Below, piece after piece: positions 33,412 through 47,999 of a stretch of 64,000 nucleotides of DNA (positions are counted from its first letter, which is position 1; the number at the start of each line of letters is the position of its first letter). The notes under the pieces were generated by a model. That model did no database searches and was not told the origin of the DNA. It saw nothing but the letters and a program-made list of their open reading frames with translations. The translations under genes were made by a program, and so were the position numbers. Source of the DNA: the human T2T-CHM13v2.0 reference genome, Homo sapiens. The stretch lies in NCBI RefSeq assembly GCF_009914755.1, contig NC_060932.1. One strand, written 5' to 3'.

Positions 33412-35509
33412 TGAGTGTCCTCAGCAAGAGTTGCTCTTTATTTTGTGTTGCAACTCCAGTTGCAATTGTCCTGAGTTCCTAGAAAGCCCAGTTCTTGGAC
33501 TGAGAAGTAGTCATGAGACCGAAGTCACTGCAGAAAATTGAAGCTTATTTCAATGGCTGGATAACAGTAAAAGGAGAGTTCTCATGTCCAAATGTCAGAA
33601 CCTCCCAAATAGTGCTAATCACAGTTCTCACTTCACTGAAGATTGAACTTTGTTCCAAGAGTGTTTAAGTGACTTGCCTAAGGTAAACCAGCTGGGATTT
33701 TTTGTTTAGTTTTGTTTTGTTTCTGAGCCAATGCTAAAAACAGTCCTCTGACCACCTCAATAAATGGCTTAGTTTTATATTTTGTTTTGCAAGTGGAGTA
33801 CTGGCCTTTTAACATGATCAAAACTGCATAACTAACTTTTGTGCACAGTGCAATCCCATAACATGGGGGCCTTCCCTTAAAAGAACACAAAAAGGCCTAT
33901 TTATCCCCGCAATGCCACAGCTGACTGTGCCACCTTTGAAATTTAACTTTGCCTTATTTTTTGGCCTTCTTGATATCTCCTCCCAGGAGTTCCCACTGCA
34001 CTATGTGCTCCTTGGAGCCAGAGATGCTGGCCACAGTGCACTAAGTGGAGAAACCTCAGACTTTGAAGTCTGCAAGTTTCCTAGACTAAGAATTATGAAT
34101 ATTTTGTTTTAGTTTTATTTATAGATACAGGGATGCATGCTATGTATATAGTTTTTAATCATAATCCAATCATCCATAGTCATATTAGGAGCAGTAATTT
34201 AAACTGCTGACCTCAGTGCAATTGCTGAAATTTGCAAATAAAATTAAATACAGCAATGAACATAGTAATGTTGCATCTCTTTCCTCTGAGGAAATGAATA
34301 AATTTCTATTCCACATTTAATGATTACATCTGAGGCAGGCACAGTAGAAAAAAAGATAGAAAATAGCTATGTGTCATGTACCATACTAAGCAACAAATAA
34401 TGTTTTTAAAGGCTAGGTTTAGATGTGATTTAAGTCACATTTTCATACTTCCTATAGGACAGCCTTTAGCTTCAGGGCACCATCTTAACTGTGTTGCTGG
34501 CTGGGACATTCAGTCTTGCCAAGGAAATAGAGAAATAATCACATACTGTTGTTTCTGTCTCACAATACTTGCAATCAGTCATGAAAGTAAAAGTTCTCTA
34601 TGTTTCAATAAATTTTCCTTTTTACTTGTCCTAAGTAACTGCTTCAAGCTGCTAGAGTTTCTGAGAGTCTTCTCTACAAATGCGAATCAATAACCCCTCA
34701 AACTAAAATTCATGAAATCAATTCTTTGAAATGAACACAATTTTTGGAAAAGATAATTTCTACCCAAACTAGTTAAGATGCTTTTTGAATATTAAATATT
34801 CTCCACAGGCAGTTGAATGGTTAAGAGTATTGAGCCGACTGACATAAATTGCAGAATCATCATATACATGGAGGACAATTGAAATCAATAAAGTAGACAT
34901 CATCTTCTACTAAACAGTATATAGTATGAACAGTGGAAACCTGGGAAACCATAATATTAAATTAATTGGTAGAGAAACAGGAGGCAATGAGGTAGATAGA
35001 GAAGTGGCTAGACAGGTACAATAATAATCAAATTATTTCACAAGAAAGACAAAAAAAGATATCTAAAGAATGAGTTAATAACAATGTCAAATGTCATGGA
35101 GAGACTCTACTTTAAAAATGTGAACAATTATGTGTCTATTAGGAAGCCACTGCTGAACTTAGGAAAAGGGTTTCAATAGAACGTGTGAAAAGAAGCGAGA
35201 CCAGTCAATTGAGAAATAAATGGCAGAAAAATGAATAGAAATGTTAAACAAAGACAAATTTTCTGAGGAATTTGAAAAGGGAAGAGGGAAAATTTACTGT
35301 TAGGAAGAGATAATAGAATAAAGCAATAAAAATTTAGTGTGTCTTGCTATTGAGAATAGTATGTGTTGGCTTCATTTGTGTTTGGACCTTGGAAAGATAT
35401 TGGAGAGATATCTATCAGCTGAAGGGATCCCAGGTGCAGAAAGACCCTGACCTAGGCAAAAGATAAAGAAGACCACAGTGTATAGATTAGCTATTATGCA
35501 TGGGTTAGT

Positions 35510-35700
35510 ACAGTAATTTTTTATTCTTATCATGCATTAGCATCACCTGGAGGACTTTTAAAAAGCATCCTACTGTAGACCCCATTATTAACCAATAATA
35601 TTTTTACAAAAAGTAGGAATTTTAGGGTTGGAGATGAATTATAGGTATTTTTAAATGTTCTCTAGGTGTTTCTGATGGCAGCCTAGTTTGAAACAGAGGT
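35510..35700. mobile_element. MER5-family MITE (degenerate)
   Basis: tgcattagcatcacctggaggactttta...ctaggtgtttctgatggcagcc. Confidence 0.55.
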
Positions 35701-35914
35701 AGATAGAACATTGGAAATTTTGAGAAAAATCATACCCTAATCATCCTCACTTTCATAAATGAAGTAATATTAAAGTTTGCAAAAAGCATCAAGTGGATTG
35801 GGAAATCAAGGAGAGCGTGAAGGTTAAAAATGAAAGTAGGCACAAATAAAGACAGAGCTTTCATAAAATATAAAGGGCTGAGATGATGCCTACTTTCGTT
35901 ACTTAAACCATAGT

Positions 35915-36035
35915 CCTTGCACCCTTCCCTGTACCTACAGAATCAGAAACTCTGGAGATGAGGTCCAGCAATGGACGTTTTAACAAGCCTTCCAGGTGAA
36001 TCTCATCCTTGCTAACCTTTGAGATACACTGACCT
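35915..36035. mobile_element. MER5A fragment
   Basis: acctacagaatcagaaactctggagatgaggtccagcaat...ttttaacaagccttccaggtga. Confidence 0.75.
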
Positions 36036-36199
36036 AGGAAAATTCTGAATGCTTAAATAATGGTCAGATTCTAATCAGCATCTCAGGGAATTCAGAAAGA
36101 GGAGGAATAGATCTGACCAGTCCCTTGAAGATCTGTGAGACATCTCACACTACATTAGCTGACTAGGAGAATATATAATTTTGAGGTGTTCTCCTTTTT

Positions 36200-36650
36200 A
36201 TTTGATAATGTTTTAAATTAAATACAATATAGGTGCTGAAAACTTCTAAGTGAATAGCTTGATGAATTTTCACAAAATGAGCACAGCTTTGTTGCTAACA
36301 CCCAAATCAAGAAGAGAACATTAGCCTAATGGTAGAAATCTCCCAAATACTCCCTCTCAGTCCTTGCTATTTCCATCCTGAAGATAAACACATTTCTACG
36401 TTATAGCATAATAGATTATTTTTGCATGTTTTGAACTTTATAAAATGGAAGCTGAAAGTATGTCCTCTTGAGTCTGGCTTCTTTCAATCCGCTATTCTTT
36501 GTGGCATTCATCCATATTTTTGCATGTAATTATAGTTTATTAATTTTCACTGTTTGACAGTGGTACGTGTCACTAATTTAACTGTATTATCTCTAGTGAA
36601 ACTTTGTGTTATTTTGAGATATGGTTATTATGTCTATAATGTCTTTTGCT
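36200..36650 (-). mobile_element. Old L1M 3' fragment
   Basis: gcttgatgaattttcacaaa; ttttgaactttataaaatggaa; gtctggcttctttca. Confidence 0.6.
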
Positions 36651-36677
36651 ACAGATGTGAGTAAATGTCTAATAATG

Positions 36678-37040
36678 TGCTATGATTAAAATGCTTGTGT
36701 CCCATCAAAATTAATATGTTTAAATCTTATCTTCTGAGGCAATTGCTTAGGACAGGGGGCCCTTTTGTAGGTGATTAGGTCCTGAGGACACAGCTCTCAT
36801 AATGGGATTAGTGCCTAGAAAATATAGGTCCAAAGGTGCTTATTCTCCCCTTCCTCTATGTGAGGACACAGCAAGAAGGCATCATCTATGAATCTGAAAG
36901 TAGTCCTTCACCAGACACTGTATCTGCCCACAGCTTGATCTTGGACTTCCCTGTATCCAGGACAGTGAGAATGAAATTTATGTGGCTTATAAGGTACCCT
37001 GTTTATGGTATTTCTTATATCAGGATTAATACACTAAAAA
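36678..37040 (+). mobile_element. MLT1A0-like solo LTR
   Basis: tgctatg...aatgggattagtgcc...tgtgaggacacagcaagaaggc...ttgatcttggacttcc. Confidence 0.8.
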
Positions 37041-37066
37041 AACATAATTTATTTCTACAGGGAAGC

Positions 37067-38942
37067 TGATATGATTTGGCTGTGTCCCCACTCCAATCTC
37101 ATCTTGAATTGTAGTTCCCATAATCACCACATGTCATGAGAAGGACCTGGTAGGAGGTAATTGAATCATAGGGGCAGTTTCTCCACGCTATTCTTGTGAT
37201 AGTAAGTTCTCACAAGATCTTATGGTTATATAAGGAGTTTATGCCTTCGCTCGATTCTCATTCTTCTCCTTTCTTCCGCCATGTGAAGAAGGATGTGCTT
37301 GCTTTTCCTTCCAGCATGATTGTAAGTATCCTGAGGCCTCCTCAGCCCTTCTTAACTGTGAGTAAATTAAACCTCTTTCCTTTGTTAATTACTCAGTCTC
37401 AGTATGTCTTTATTAGCAGCATGAGAACAGACTTATACAGTTAATTGGTACAGGGAGCGGGGCACTTACTATAAAGATACCTGAAAATGTGAAAGCAACT
37501 TTGGAACTGGGTAAATGGCAGATGCTGGAACCACTTGGAGGGCTCAGAAGAAGACAAAAAACTGTAGAAAAGTTTGGAACTTCTTAGAGACTTAGAGAGG
37601 GCTCAGAAAACAGGAAGATGTTGGAAAGTTTGAAACTTCCTAGAGAGTTGTGAATGGCTTTGACAAAAATGCTGATAGTGATATGCACAATGAAGTCCAG
37701 GCTGAGGTGGTCTCAGATAGAGATGGGGAACTTGTTGGGAACTGGAGTAAAGGTCACTCTTGCTATGCAAAAAGACTGATGGTATTTTGCCCCTGCCTTA
37801 AAGATCTGTGGAGATTTGAACTTGAGAGAGATGATTTAAGGTATCTGGCAGAAGAAATTTCTAAGTGGCAAAGCATTCAAGAGGAAACACGGCATAAAAG
37901 TTTGGAAAATTTGCAACCTGATGGTGTGACAGAAAAGAAAGACCCATTTTCTGAAAAGAGATTCAAGCCAGCTGCAGAAATCTGCACAATTAACAAGAAG
38001 CCAAATGTTGATCACCAAAAAATGGCAAAAATGTCTCCATGGCATGTCAGATGTCTTCACAACAGCCCTTCCCATAACAAGCCTGGAGGGCTAATAGGAA
38101 AAAAATGGTTTTGTGGGCTGGGCCCCGGGCCTTGCTACTTTGTGCAAGCTCAAGACTTGGTGCCCTGTGTCCCAGCCATGGCTAAAATGGGCCAAGGTAC
38201 AGCTTGGGCCATGGCTTCAGCAGGTGTGAGCACCAACCCTTGGCAGCTTCCATGTGGTATTGAGCCTGAGGGTACACAGAAGTCAAGAATTGAGGTTTGG
38301 GAACCTCAGCCTAGATTTCAGAGGGTATATGGCAACACCTGGATGTCCAGGCAGAAATTTGCTGTGGAAGTGGAGCCCTCATAAAGAATCTCTGCTAGGG
38401 CATTGTGGAAGGGAAATGTTGGGTTTGAGTCACCACACAGAGTACTCACTGTGGCACTGCCTAGTGGAGCTGTGAGAAGAGGGCTACTATCCTCCAGACT
38501 CCAGAATGGCAGATTCACGGACAGCTTGCACTGTTCACCTGGAAAAGCCGAAGGCACTCAACACCAGCCTGTAAAGGCAGCCAGGAGAGGTGTTGTACAC
38601 TACAAAGCCAAGGGTCAGAGCTGCCCAAGGCCATGGGAGCCCACCTCTTGCATCAGCATGACCTAGATGTGAGACATGGGATCAAAGGAGATCATCCTGG
38701 AGCTTTAAAATTTGACTACCCTGCTGGATTTTGGATTTCCATGGGGCCTGTAATCCCTTTGTTTTGGCCAATTTCTCCCACTTGGAGCAGGCGTATTTGC
38801 CCAATGCCTATATCCCCATTGTATAATATCTAGGAAGTAAGTAACCTGATTTTGGTTTTGCAGGCTCATAGGTGGAAGGGACTTGGTTGTCACAGATTAG
38901 ACCTTGGAATCGGACTTTTTGGGTTACTGCTGGAATGAGTTG
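37067..38942 (+). mobile_element. THE1C-like MaLR: 5' LTR (37067-37439) plus internal region, 3'-truncated
   Basis: LTR tgatatgatttggctgtgtcccca...acagacttataca. ORF 37650-38384 (NGFDKNADSDMHNEVQAEVVSD...) is the MaLR internal ORF remnant. Homology stops after gctggaatgagtt. Confidence 0.88.
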
Positions 38943-39420
38943 TAGCTTCGTCCCCAAGTTCTTCCTATGATTGATTACATGATGTCATTCAAATCAGTAA
39001 TGCTTTTCTTGACTAATAACCATGTCAGCTAAAACAATCCCCCATCAGTCTCGATTACAATATCCCATTATGTAATAGATTTTTTTACCGTTGTCTCATT
39101 TGACTTTAGAATATAAATGCCATCAACTCTTGACTACATTACTAATACATTAGTTACAACTTTATCTTACATACCTAGAATGAGGCTGACTTATGGCATA
39201 TATCTAAAGAATAGCTTATCTGATTAAATATGTTTTTTGCTTCTCAATATGTCCATAAAATTTATTGGACATTTATTTGAGAGGCAGTAATGTGCTGAGC
39301 TTAAAAGTGACTGCTCTAGAATCAGAAAGACTTGGGGACAAATCTGACACTAATAGTGTGACCTAAATCAATTTACTTAAGCCTATTCTGGATTGGTGTT
39401 ATATTTGTAAAATTATTACT

Positions 39421-39573
<153 letters not shown>

Positions 39574-40149
39574 TTAGAAATGTATTATTATTTTAATAGT
39601 GCATTTTTATTAACTTTAATGTTTCCAGCAGTCTCAGTTTCAGGTTTTCTGACTTCTTTATCAGTATCCTAGAAGTTTTATTTTTGTCAGTAAGAAGATT
39701 CCAGCAAGGTGATGGCACAATTGACTTGTTACTCCCTCTGGCAAAATTGCCGCAGCAGGGGATTGAGAAGGCACTCTCAGTCGCATAGATTTCATTTCGC
39801 TCTTGCTATCTCTACTAGTTAAATGACAGGTTCACTGCTTCTGCTTGTTTCTCATTTTCTGCTACAAAATAAGAGTAGTAAGAAGAGAATAGAAAGTGAG
39901 AACAAAAATGTAGCAAACCTTTGTCCATAAGAAGCCCTGTGAGAAAGGCAAAGTATGAGAGCACTTTTAGTATAATTTGAAGAGTTCTACAGAGCTGGGT
40001 TGCTTAAAAATAGGCTACCTCTCACTCTGCTCCTGAATTCTATATTTTAAATAACAGTTGGACTTTGAACCTATTTTTCCCCAATGAAATTCAGGAGAAA
40101 GCAGATTTTTAATAAAACGTTATATAGACTAGACAATTTGGTAAATAAT

Positions 40150-40355
40150 GGCTAATATGTATTGTGTAAACAAAGGCACTATTCTGAGCCTTTAAAATAG
40201 ATCATCAAATTTAATTCTAACAATAGCTCTAAGAGACTAAGAAAACAAAATGAAACAATTACTTTTCCTATTTTATAGGAGAGAAAATTGAGTCACAAAA
40301 AGTTAGTAATTTGCCCAAGTTCATGTAGTTAAAAAGTGGTGGAGACAAGTTTCAA
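40150..40355 (-). mobile_element. MIR
   Basis: Core ctattttataggagagaaaattgagtcacaaaaagttagtaatttgcccaagttca. Confidence 0.7.
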
Positions 40356-43260
40356 AAAAAGCCATCTAAGAGAATAGCCTTAATCGGTGAACACACTGCA
40401 GTTTGAGATGTTAAAAACATAGAAAGAAAGTGAAGAAAGTTAAGAATGGAAAAAGATGCCCAAAGGAGGAAAAGAAACCAAAGACATAAAAACAAGCATT
40501 GTCCTTTTTACTTTTTCTAGAAAGTCCTTCCTGACTAGGCTGAAGAATACATGACAACAATAAACAATGTTCGCAGCAAATTTCTATCTAAATTTATCTT
40601 CTATATTTGAATTTGAATAGGAAAAATAGTTAAATTCCTAAAAATAGGAAAAAATAGTTAAATACATATTGCAACATTTCTTACTGGGTAAATAATGGGA
40701 ATGCAAAACACACATTAAATTTTTGATTGGTGTTCTTAATAAATTGTAATAACAGAATTATTGGTTTATGCATATAGAACAATCATTATAACATTTCTAT
40801 TGCATTTTTGTATTATTGTCCTGGATTTTTCTCTAAAGTATGGATTTAAAGAGAGTCTGTTCAAATTTATTTATTTAATAATCCAAGCTCAATATTCATA
40901 CTCATTACACAAATAAAAAAAATTTTCCTAATCGTTTTTAAATTTACAATTTGGAAGGCATCAGCCTAAAAATACAATGTAAAATGTATGTATATATGTT
41001 CAAACACATATATACACATACTCCAAAAAAGTCTAAGAAATGAGGTTATAATGAATTCATCTACAATCTGCTTCAAGTATCAGGACTTTTTAAATGTTTT
41101 CAATGAGATTATGCAATATGACATACAGAAAGCTCCTGTGAAATTTTATGATTGTACTATAGTTGACAAAACTTATATTGAAATATTTTCATTTCATTAA
41201 CAACTGTAATCCTCCCATTTGCATCAATATATTCATTGTTTTCTAAAGTTAAATGAATTAAATAAATATTGTCCTTCAATGATAGATTTATATGCATGTT
41301 TTATTATTTATTCTAAGCTTAGTGTCTGTATTTTTGCATACTTAAATACATACATAAATATTTTAAAATTCAAAGTCGTGAACAAAGAAAATAAAAATTC
41401 TAATATCTTTAATAAATGATTTATGCTACAAATAAAAGTAAGCAGCGTTTTATGTATTTAGTAGATAATTTCAGCACCAATCTTGTGCAAGGTGTTATTG
41501 TAAGAAGATATGTGTCAGGTTCTACTACAACAAAACTTACTATAGCCAAAATGCATTTATCCAAAATTATAGCTAATCAGTATCCCAGCTGTAGATTTTG
41601 AGCTGTGTATTCTTCCTCTGAAATCTTGCCACTGAGTACATATCTGGGTCACCTTTGCAGGATGTCAGTTGCCATGTGGTTAGGGAATACAAACTAATTT
41701 TATGGAGTCCAAAGCCAAATGTAAATGAGTTCTGGATATTCAGCCTTTTTGGATAATATTTATCTTAAATGATAAATAAAATTTTGACTGTATAGTAATA
41801 TAAGAGGTGGACATGGGTGTTAGACACCCACATTTACACGCAGGGCCTCAGAAACAACAATGCTTACGTTTTTCTAAATGGTTAATTTTAGCATCCATCC
41901 AAATGTCAGTTAGCCTGTCAGTGAAGTGAAGCTGCACTTTCAGTGATGTCCGTGGGCTCTTTTATACAGTGCTAACATTTGCATAAAACCAGCTTTTTTG
42001 TGCCTTATGTTTCCAAATCAATTTAGTTTTGTGTGCTAATATTTTATTAGAGCCCTGGAGATAAAGAAGCATGCAGGTCAGCCATGTGTGCTGCTCAATC
42101 CCCAAAGGAAACCTCTACTAAAAACCAAAAGATTGACACCAGACAAGATTAACAAAAGAATTAGTCATGCACAATCAACTGTGTTAAATACTGGTGGGGG
42201 GAGGGGGAAGCATCTTCTTCTCTTGTCTTTCAGGGTGGCGTGCTAATGCTTCCAGTGTATATTATTATGTGCTTCTGAGTGTACCATTGTTTTCTACAAA
42301 GGTGGATTTGTTAGAAACAACTATCACCATTACTTTAAATGCTACTAATGAGGTGATCACGTAAAATCTTCAATCCTCTGTGCTATTTAATCCTAGACCT
42401 ACACCAAGGGAGCTTCTCCCTAAGGAATAAAACAGTTTGGTCTCTTTCTCAGTCTGGGGCTGAATAGGCTTGAGCTCTAACCTCAAAATACTACATAATG
42501 GCTGAAAATTTCCAAACTGAGCAATCAATGAACAAAAATATTCAAGAAGTAAATCCTTTCCCTAAAGGGCTTATTATCTAAAATTGTTGGTTAAAACATA
42601 GAAAAAATATTCTATCACACAGTTAGACAGCATTCACGTTCCACTTCTGAAAAAAAATGGGGATTTGTTTACAGTTCTTTATATATTGTTTAATGTTCTA
42701 AATTTTAAGATCTCAAAAGAATTATAACTAAAGTATGAATACTTTAAAATAAATATTTCTTCAAATACCTCTTATACCATTTAATATTTAAAATCTGAAT
42801 CTGGATTATTTGAGGGGATAATTTTGTTGTTACTATTAAAAAATTAACCAGAGAATAGAAAAGAACGTGATGTATAAAAAGGTACCCCTTTACGTAGTTT
42901 TGATATTTTGTGTTCAGTACGACTTTTTTCCTTCTTAGGTCCACATCAAGAAAATACATCATTTCAAATGAAGTACCTATTATACCAATTGTGTGGTTTC
43001 TTCTTGAGACAATACCTTCATTTCTACTCAAAGTCTACAGGAACATAGCTAATTGTCACATACATTGGATTTAGTAGTTTCACTGATTGAGCATATATGC
43101 TATGCAAACTGTTGGATATTTTACTTTTATTGTTTATTTAAGTCTTATTCATAAGTCTATATTACATTTGGGAAAATTAGCTCAGAGTTGTTAATAAACG
43201 TGCCCCAATTACACTATGAAAAAGTAGAAGCATCCATGTTTAGATAAATAGTGTGAACAA

Positions 43261-43770
43261 TGTGTGTTAGGCAGGATAATGTCTCTGCCAACAGATATTT
43301 TCCCTGGGAACCTATGAATATGTTACTTTAGATGACAGATGATAATTATTAACATTGAAGATACATTTAAGTTTGCTAATCAGTTGATGCAATTAAAATC
43401 CAATTAAGGCTACTGATGAAATTATGAGATCACCCAGGAATATTTCAGCAGGCCCAATCTAATCACATGAATCCTTAAATTGGGGGAAGAAGAGGGAGAA
43501 GAAGGAATCAGAGAGAGAGAGATGTGCTTTTTCAGGTTTTCAAGATAGAAAAGGACCAGGAGCCAAGGAATTGAGGCAGCCTCCAGATGCTGGAAAAGCC
43601 AAGGCAATGGTCAGATTCCAGAAAGGAATGCAGCTCTGATAACACCTTGCTTTTAGGCTAGTGAGACCTGTGGCAGGCCTATGACCTACAAAATTGTAAG
43701 ATAAGTTTTTGTTGTTTTAAGACACTGTATTTGTGGTAATTTGTTACAGCAGCAATACAAAATTAATACA
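43261..43770 (+). mobile_element. MLT1D-like solo LTR
   Basis: ggagccaaggaattgaggcagcctccagatgctggaaaag...ttgtggtaatttgttacagcagcaatacaaaattaataca; flanks aacaa and aacat. Confidence 0.8.
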
Positions 43771-44274
43771 AACATTTGTAACATGATTTCCTACTTTCTT
43801 AATTATTTTGAAATATTGTCAGGCAGGAGGAAGCTAGGAAATAAGGCAAAAAAAAAAAAGGTCTGGCATGTCCTTTAAACGTCATTGGCCCACCCATGGG
43901 CTTACACAATTAACTTAGCTGACCAACATTTTACTATTAGTAAATAATGAAGACTTAGTGAAGTCACATGTTAGCTTTTAGATTTCACTCCAAGAAATGC
44001 CAGTTAACTATTGTATGATTGAAAATATAATTCCAAGGTATGGTTAGTGGCCTCTGTAGGTAATAACCAGTTTCATATCTAATCCAGCAACCTTGTCCTG
44101 TGATTGCCTCTAAATGCCTAGCTTCTCAAATGCTCTTGGAATGGTATTAACATGTTACTGGTTCCCTCATTAATTAATAAGCCAAAATATATTTGACAAG
44201 TGTTCATTTTATATTGGCATGATAGTCATGATTTCGTCCTTTTGAAAATTATGCTTTATCAATATCAACTAAAT

Positions 44275-44357
44275 GAGGAGTCAGCAAACTATGGCTTCTG
44301 GGCCAAATCTGGTCTATTGCCTATTCTTGCAAATAAAGTTCCTTTGAACTCAGCCAG
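44275..44357 (+). mobile_element. MER58A fragment
   Basis: gagtcagcaaactatggcttctgggccaaatctgg...aaataaagtt. Confidence 0.7.
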
Positions 44358-46284
44358 GTGAAGTAGATCCAAATGCTTCACACAGGCATATTCTTTCTTA
44401 AGTTATTTATGTAATTTCACATGCATTCTTATTAGTAGAAAACTAAGTTGGTCACTAAAATTGTTAATAAATTTCCTCAGTTTTAGGCATAGGATCAAAA
44501 CTCGTTTCTAACTTTCACTTTTCTTGCTCTCCTGAATATCCACCTGTAAACCAGTGGTTCTAGTCCTGAGCATCAGGAATAAAGAGAGAGCACTGTGTTG
44601 CTGAATCCTTTGCAATGGAATGCTCTGTGTGGCTGAGGTATCCTTTTTTGTGGGTAGAGAGTGCATTATTCATAAGCATACATTTACTATCTTAGTGGAT
44701 GTAGATCCCATCTGGCTTATCTTGAATTCAGATCTGTCTCTTGAGCTCTGGATCCATTCCACCAACTATATATAAAATATCTGTCTCTGTTTAAATGTGT
44801 TAAGGACATCTTACTCTCAAAAAATCTACTAATCTACTACTAATTTTACCCTGCCCCCATCCTAATTTAATTCCATACTGGGCAATCACCTTTTTGTATC
44901 TACCAAAGCCCCCAAAAACTCATTATCCAAGAGAAATATTTGGGAACTGGCCTACATTTTCTCATATCCTTTCTTTGCATCTGTACCAAATACGTGGTGG
45001 TTCATTCTTTCCTCCCCATTCATATAGTAGCTAGTTGTTTATATTAATGTCATAGGAATGAAAAGAGCAAATGGAGGCAAAAAGAATAATAGAAACAGTA
45101 AAGCAAGAGTGGGGTAAGGATAAGGATGGTGTACAAAATGCATACTGCAAGGTCCTTCATGGTTTGCTAAATGAGGTTCACATTTTAAGAATTATCTCAG
45201 AGGAATAAACATGATCAGTTTACATTACTTATAGACTCCATAAGACACATAGGCACAACTATTTTTCGGCATCAAAATAATTTTTTTCTCACATTATTTA
45301 ACGAGACATCATTGTATAATAATAAAGACATTATATAGGAAAAGTTTGATGGGACTCTTTCTCATTATATTTCTTAAATAAACCTTGTGGGAAAAAAGAA
45401 AAAAAACCCTATGGGATTCATTTTTATCATGAATTTTTATCATAATTCATAATTATCTGCCAAGAATTTCTTATTTCTCCATAAAGGCTATTTTATTTTT
45501 GGTGATATGTTGGATAAATGAAGAATGACTAAGGATCAGAAGTCACAGTCCTTGAAAATAAGTGAATTGCAAATATATTATATTAATAGTCATCAGTGAT
45601 CAGTATGGCTGATCACATGTTGTGGTAGTTGAAAAGCTTAATAAGGACACTTGCCTAAAAAGAGACTTTGTTGTGTAAAGAATCTGTCATATTTGCCATC
45701 TTTTATCTTTGCACCTCTATACTCCTGCATTATTGCTCTTATCTCACCTATGAAAATAACAGAAGTTTCTGTTAGATATGTTTTCCTATTCAGTCTATTC
45801 TATAAGTATACCCAGAGTCATATTTCTAAAATGAATATTTAATCATACCAGTCTTTAAAATTCTCAATGGTTTCTAGTCCCTGCAGGTCCACGGATAAAT
45901 ATGACACCCAAAGCTCTACAAACATACTGGAAGGTGTCTCTTTCTAAACATAGCATGCTGTTCCATGTCTGTGTCTTAAGTTTTGAGTCTTTGTTCTCTT
46001 TCTGCTAGATAAAGTTCTCATTATTCTTCAGGATATAACTCAGAAATCTATTCCTGCATAAGGAGTAAGCACATAACTTAGTCTTTGAACAAGGAATTTT
46101 TTTGAGAGTGAAAGGGTGTACACAATGATTACACAAGGGCTCCAAGTAGAAGTGGACTGGGCCCACTGGTTTGCATGATCCTCCTGTTTATGCCACATCT
46201 GTGTATCTATATTTACTATCACATGTGTCACATATGTCTGTACACAATCCTAGCTACACATTTCTTGAGAATATTCCCTTCTAC

Positions 46285-46930
46285 AGTTCAGGTAAGGATT
46301 TGGGGCTGGAGATTAAAAAATTGAGGATTATCAGCATAGAGATGGAATTTAAAGTTATGAAGCTTTGTTACAGTACATGGGAAATGAGTGTTGATATAGA
46401 AGAACTCAGGAGAGGATAGGAGGGAGACAAGACAGGGAGTGAGAGAAAAGGAATAAAGAGGAGAAGGGATCAAGAATCTTAGATATCATAAAACTGAGAG
46501 TTCAGAAAGATGAGAAATAAATACAGTAGTAAAGAAGAGTGGGAAGGACTGGCCAGTAAAGTGAAATTAAACCAGGGGAGTAAGGTGTTTCTGAAACTAA
46601 ATAAAGAAAGTGTTTAAAGACAAAGACTGAGCATTGGATATTGGATTTGGCAACTTGAAAATCATTGGTGGCTTTTAGTCATTGATGAGTTTTGGAGGAC
46701 TGGATAGGGGGAAGTCTGATGAGAAGGAGAGGAAAAGGAGTTATGGAACAAAGAAACTTCTTTGAACACTTTATTAAAGAATAACACTAAAGTTAGAAAT
46801 GGGAGTGGAGTGAGATAGATCAAAGGAGATTGCTCAGTAATTATTTTTTAAAAAGACATGTAATAGGATAGGTATGCATGAAAAATAATGTTATGATCCA
46901 ATCAAGAAGAAAAACTTAAAGATGCAATAA
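46285..46930 (-). mobile_element. L2 fragment
   Basis: gggctggagattaaaaaattgaggattatcagcatagagatgg; attggatttggcaac. Confidence 0.65.
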
Positions 46931-47441
46931 ATTATCATTGTACTGATGTTACAGTATAATTATCTCCATTTTAATACTAACGCACTTGAGAGGAGAAGGC
47001 ATAGGAAGTGTATAACTCTTCGAATTGACTAAACTTTTTCACACTTATTTCATTTCATCCTCAAAACAACTCTATGAAATCTAGTGATGTTAAATAACTA
47101 GCATAGATGAGAAACAATAAAGCTAGGCTCCAAACCCAGGCAGTCCAGCTCTATAATCTCACACTACAAGGCCAGAATGAGAGAAAGAAAAAGAAGCACA
47201 GAAGGAAAAACTACAGACTTTTTCCTGTGGCCTTTTAATGTCCAAGGGGAGACAAACTGGAAAAATACTTGAAAATTCATGGGCACATACATATATCAAA
47301 AAATATATATATGTGAAAATTATATTGATGTATATAGTTGAAAATATATAAAGGATATCTATATTTAAACAAATAATATAGTAATTGCAAATAAATATTA
47401 TAAAGTTGATGTTAAAAGAATAGACAACAAGTACCAATCTG

Positions 47442-47494
47442 GATGACATTAATAAAGGCAATTTTGATGACATTAATAAATGCAATTTTGATGA
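47442..47494. repeat. 24-bp tandem duplication (about 2.2 copies)
   Basis: gatgacattaataaaggcaatttt, gatgacattaataaatgcaatttt, gatga; one mismatch. Confidence 0.9.
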
Positions 47495-47999
47495 GAGAAT
47501 ACAATTTGAGACAGATTGTCCAGGAAATAGTATCGTAGATTGGCCAAAGGATAAAATAGGAGGAAAAGCAGAAGGAGGAGGAAGGGGAAGGAAAACTGGG
47601 TGGGCTATACCACTCCTTTTTTATGTTGTTTATATTGTTATTGACTGTTCAATTTTCTACAATTAATTTAAAAAACAGCAGAGGATTCTGTTTACCCTGC
47701 AAGCCTCGGTTATTTCCACCCCTTCCCTCCACACCTCTCCCTCCCTGCAATTAACACAGGAAGCTCTCTCCTACCATCAGCCTAAGTCAATCCCATCTTT
47801 TCCCCTCTCCTCCTAGATAATTCCTTCCCCTCTTGTTTTTTTCATTAACTACATAACCCTTAACTTTTGCTTCCAGCATAATCTTACTCATTCCCTTAAG
47901 AATCATTTTCTCACTTTCCCACACCAGGTGACAATTTCTACTTAGGTGTTTACATAGCACCACAACACCACTTTATACTAATATATAAATTTATATATT

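Noticed and set aside
33212-33541. ORFs with CVCV, YIYI and HTHT runs
   Set aside because: They are translations of the microsatellite.
37535-37650. Tandem duplication of gagggctcagaa...aagtttggaacttc at the start of the THE1 internal region
   Set aside because: As I recall, this is a feature of the THE1C internal consensus and not locus-specific.
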